A DNA stretch of 63,163 bases, the filler included, from Octopus bimaculoides (Eukaryota): NCBI RefSeq assembly GCF_001194135.2. It is 5 parts of 4 records of this genome, joined end to end, with 100 filler letters (N's around TTAATTAATTAA, not from the genome) between each part and the next. Parts side by side here need not be neighbours in the genome. Positions count along the whole stretch, not along the records: positions 57,343 to 63,163 come from NW_026395454.1; 4 more parts are not named here. The stretch is one strand, 5' to 3'. This document shows, piece after piece, positions 62,321 through 63,163 of the stretch. Numbering within the stretch: the stretch's first letter is position 1; every line of letters begins with the position of its first letter. Under the pieces are notes generated by a model. That model worked only from the letters and a program-made list of their open reading frames with translations. It was not told where the DNA came from and ran no database searches. Made by a program: the position numbers and the translations under genes.

Positions 62321-62888
62321 TATCCTGACCCTTTTCATTGTGAGTTCAAATNNNNNNNNNNNNNNNNNNNNNNNNNNNNNNNNNNNNNNNNNNNNNNNNN
62401 NNNNNNNNNNNNNNNNNNNNNNNNNNNNNNNNNNNNNNNNNNNNNNNNNNNNNNNNNNNNNNNNNNNNNNNNNNNNNNNNNNNNNNNNNNNNNNNNNNNN
62501 NNNNNNNNNNNNNNNNNNNNNNNNNNNNNNNNNNNNNNNNNNNNNNNNNNNNNNNNNNNNNNNNNNNNNNNNNNNNNNNNNNNNNNNNNNNNNNNNNNNN
62601 NNNNNNNNNNNNNNNNNNNNNNNNNNNNNNNNNNNNNNNNNNNNNNNNNNNNNNNNNNNNNNNNNNNNNNNNNNNNNNNNNNNNNNNNNNNNNNNNNNNN
62701 NNNNNNNNNNNNNNNNNNNNNNNNNNNNNNNNNNNNNNNNNNNNNNNNNNNNNNNNNNNNNNNNNNNNNNNNNNNNNNNNNNNNNNNNNNNNNNNNNNNN
62801 NNNNNNNNNNNNNNNNNNNNNNNNNNNNNNNNNNNNNNNNNNNNNNNNNNNNNNNNNNNNNNNNNNNNNNNNNNNNNNNNNNNNNNNN

Positions 62889-62934
<46 letters not shown>

Positions 62935-63163
62935 GATGGATCAAAATAGTTTGATTCAAATTCCCTGGTACTTCAAGTTTCAAAGTGTGATGCTAGTTCA
63001 CAGCCATTGGAAATCTGAATAAGAAATCAGTTGGAGAAAGTCAGATGTTATTACTGCTAGATGGGCTGCGATTGGTCAAGAAAGGTCATGCGGTGACACA
63101 GTTTGATGCTGGCATTTCAGTGACAACAATTACTTGGAAAATATTATATAGTGAACTAGAAAC

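Overview
This is an AT-rich, microsatellite-dense eukaryotic draft scaffold with many N-gaps. The SINE families present suggest an octopus genome (inference, no search run). I found no host protein-coding gene that I can name; only a few weak splice-site-bounded exon candidates are visible, mostly on the minus strand. Nearly all ORF-track entries are translated microsatellites or gaps. The window is a retroelement graveyard containing: (1) two abundant tRNA-derived SINE families, here called SINE-A (bipartite, CORE-like) and SINE-B (~220 bp), plus an RTE-related SINE-C; (2) at least eight R4/Dong-clade restriction-like-endonuclease LINE fragments, many abutting (TAA)n; (3) two Tx1/L1-like LINE relics; (4) an RTE LINE 3' end; (5) Penelope-like relics; (6) an open mariner DD34D transposase C-terminus; (7) small MITE-like elements. 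The most interesting signal is a set of hammerhead-ribozyme motifs from several unrelated repeat families. Two have intact catalytic cores (9668-9712, 52556-52614). One sits in the tail of a tRNA-headed SINE (9216-9262). One family reconstructs to a hammerhead with an unusually long stem II insert, but only when three decayed copies are combined. TE boundaries are approximate and all folds were worked out by eye.
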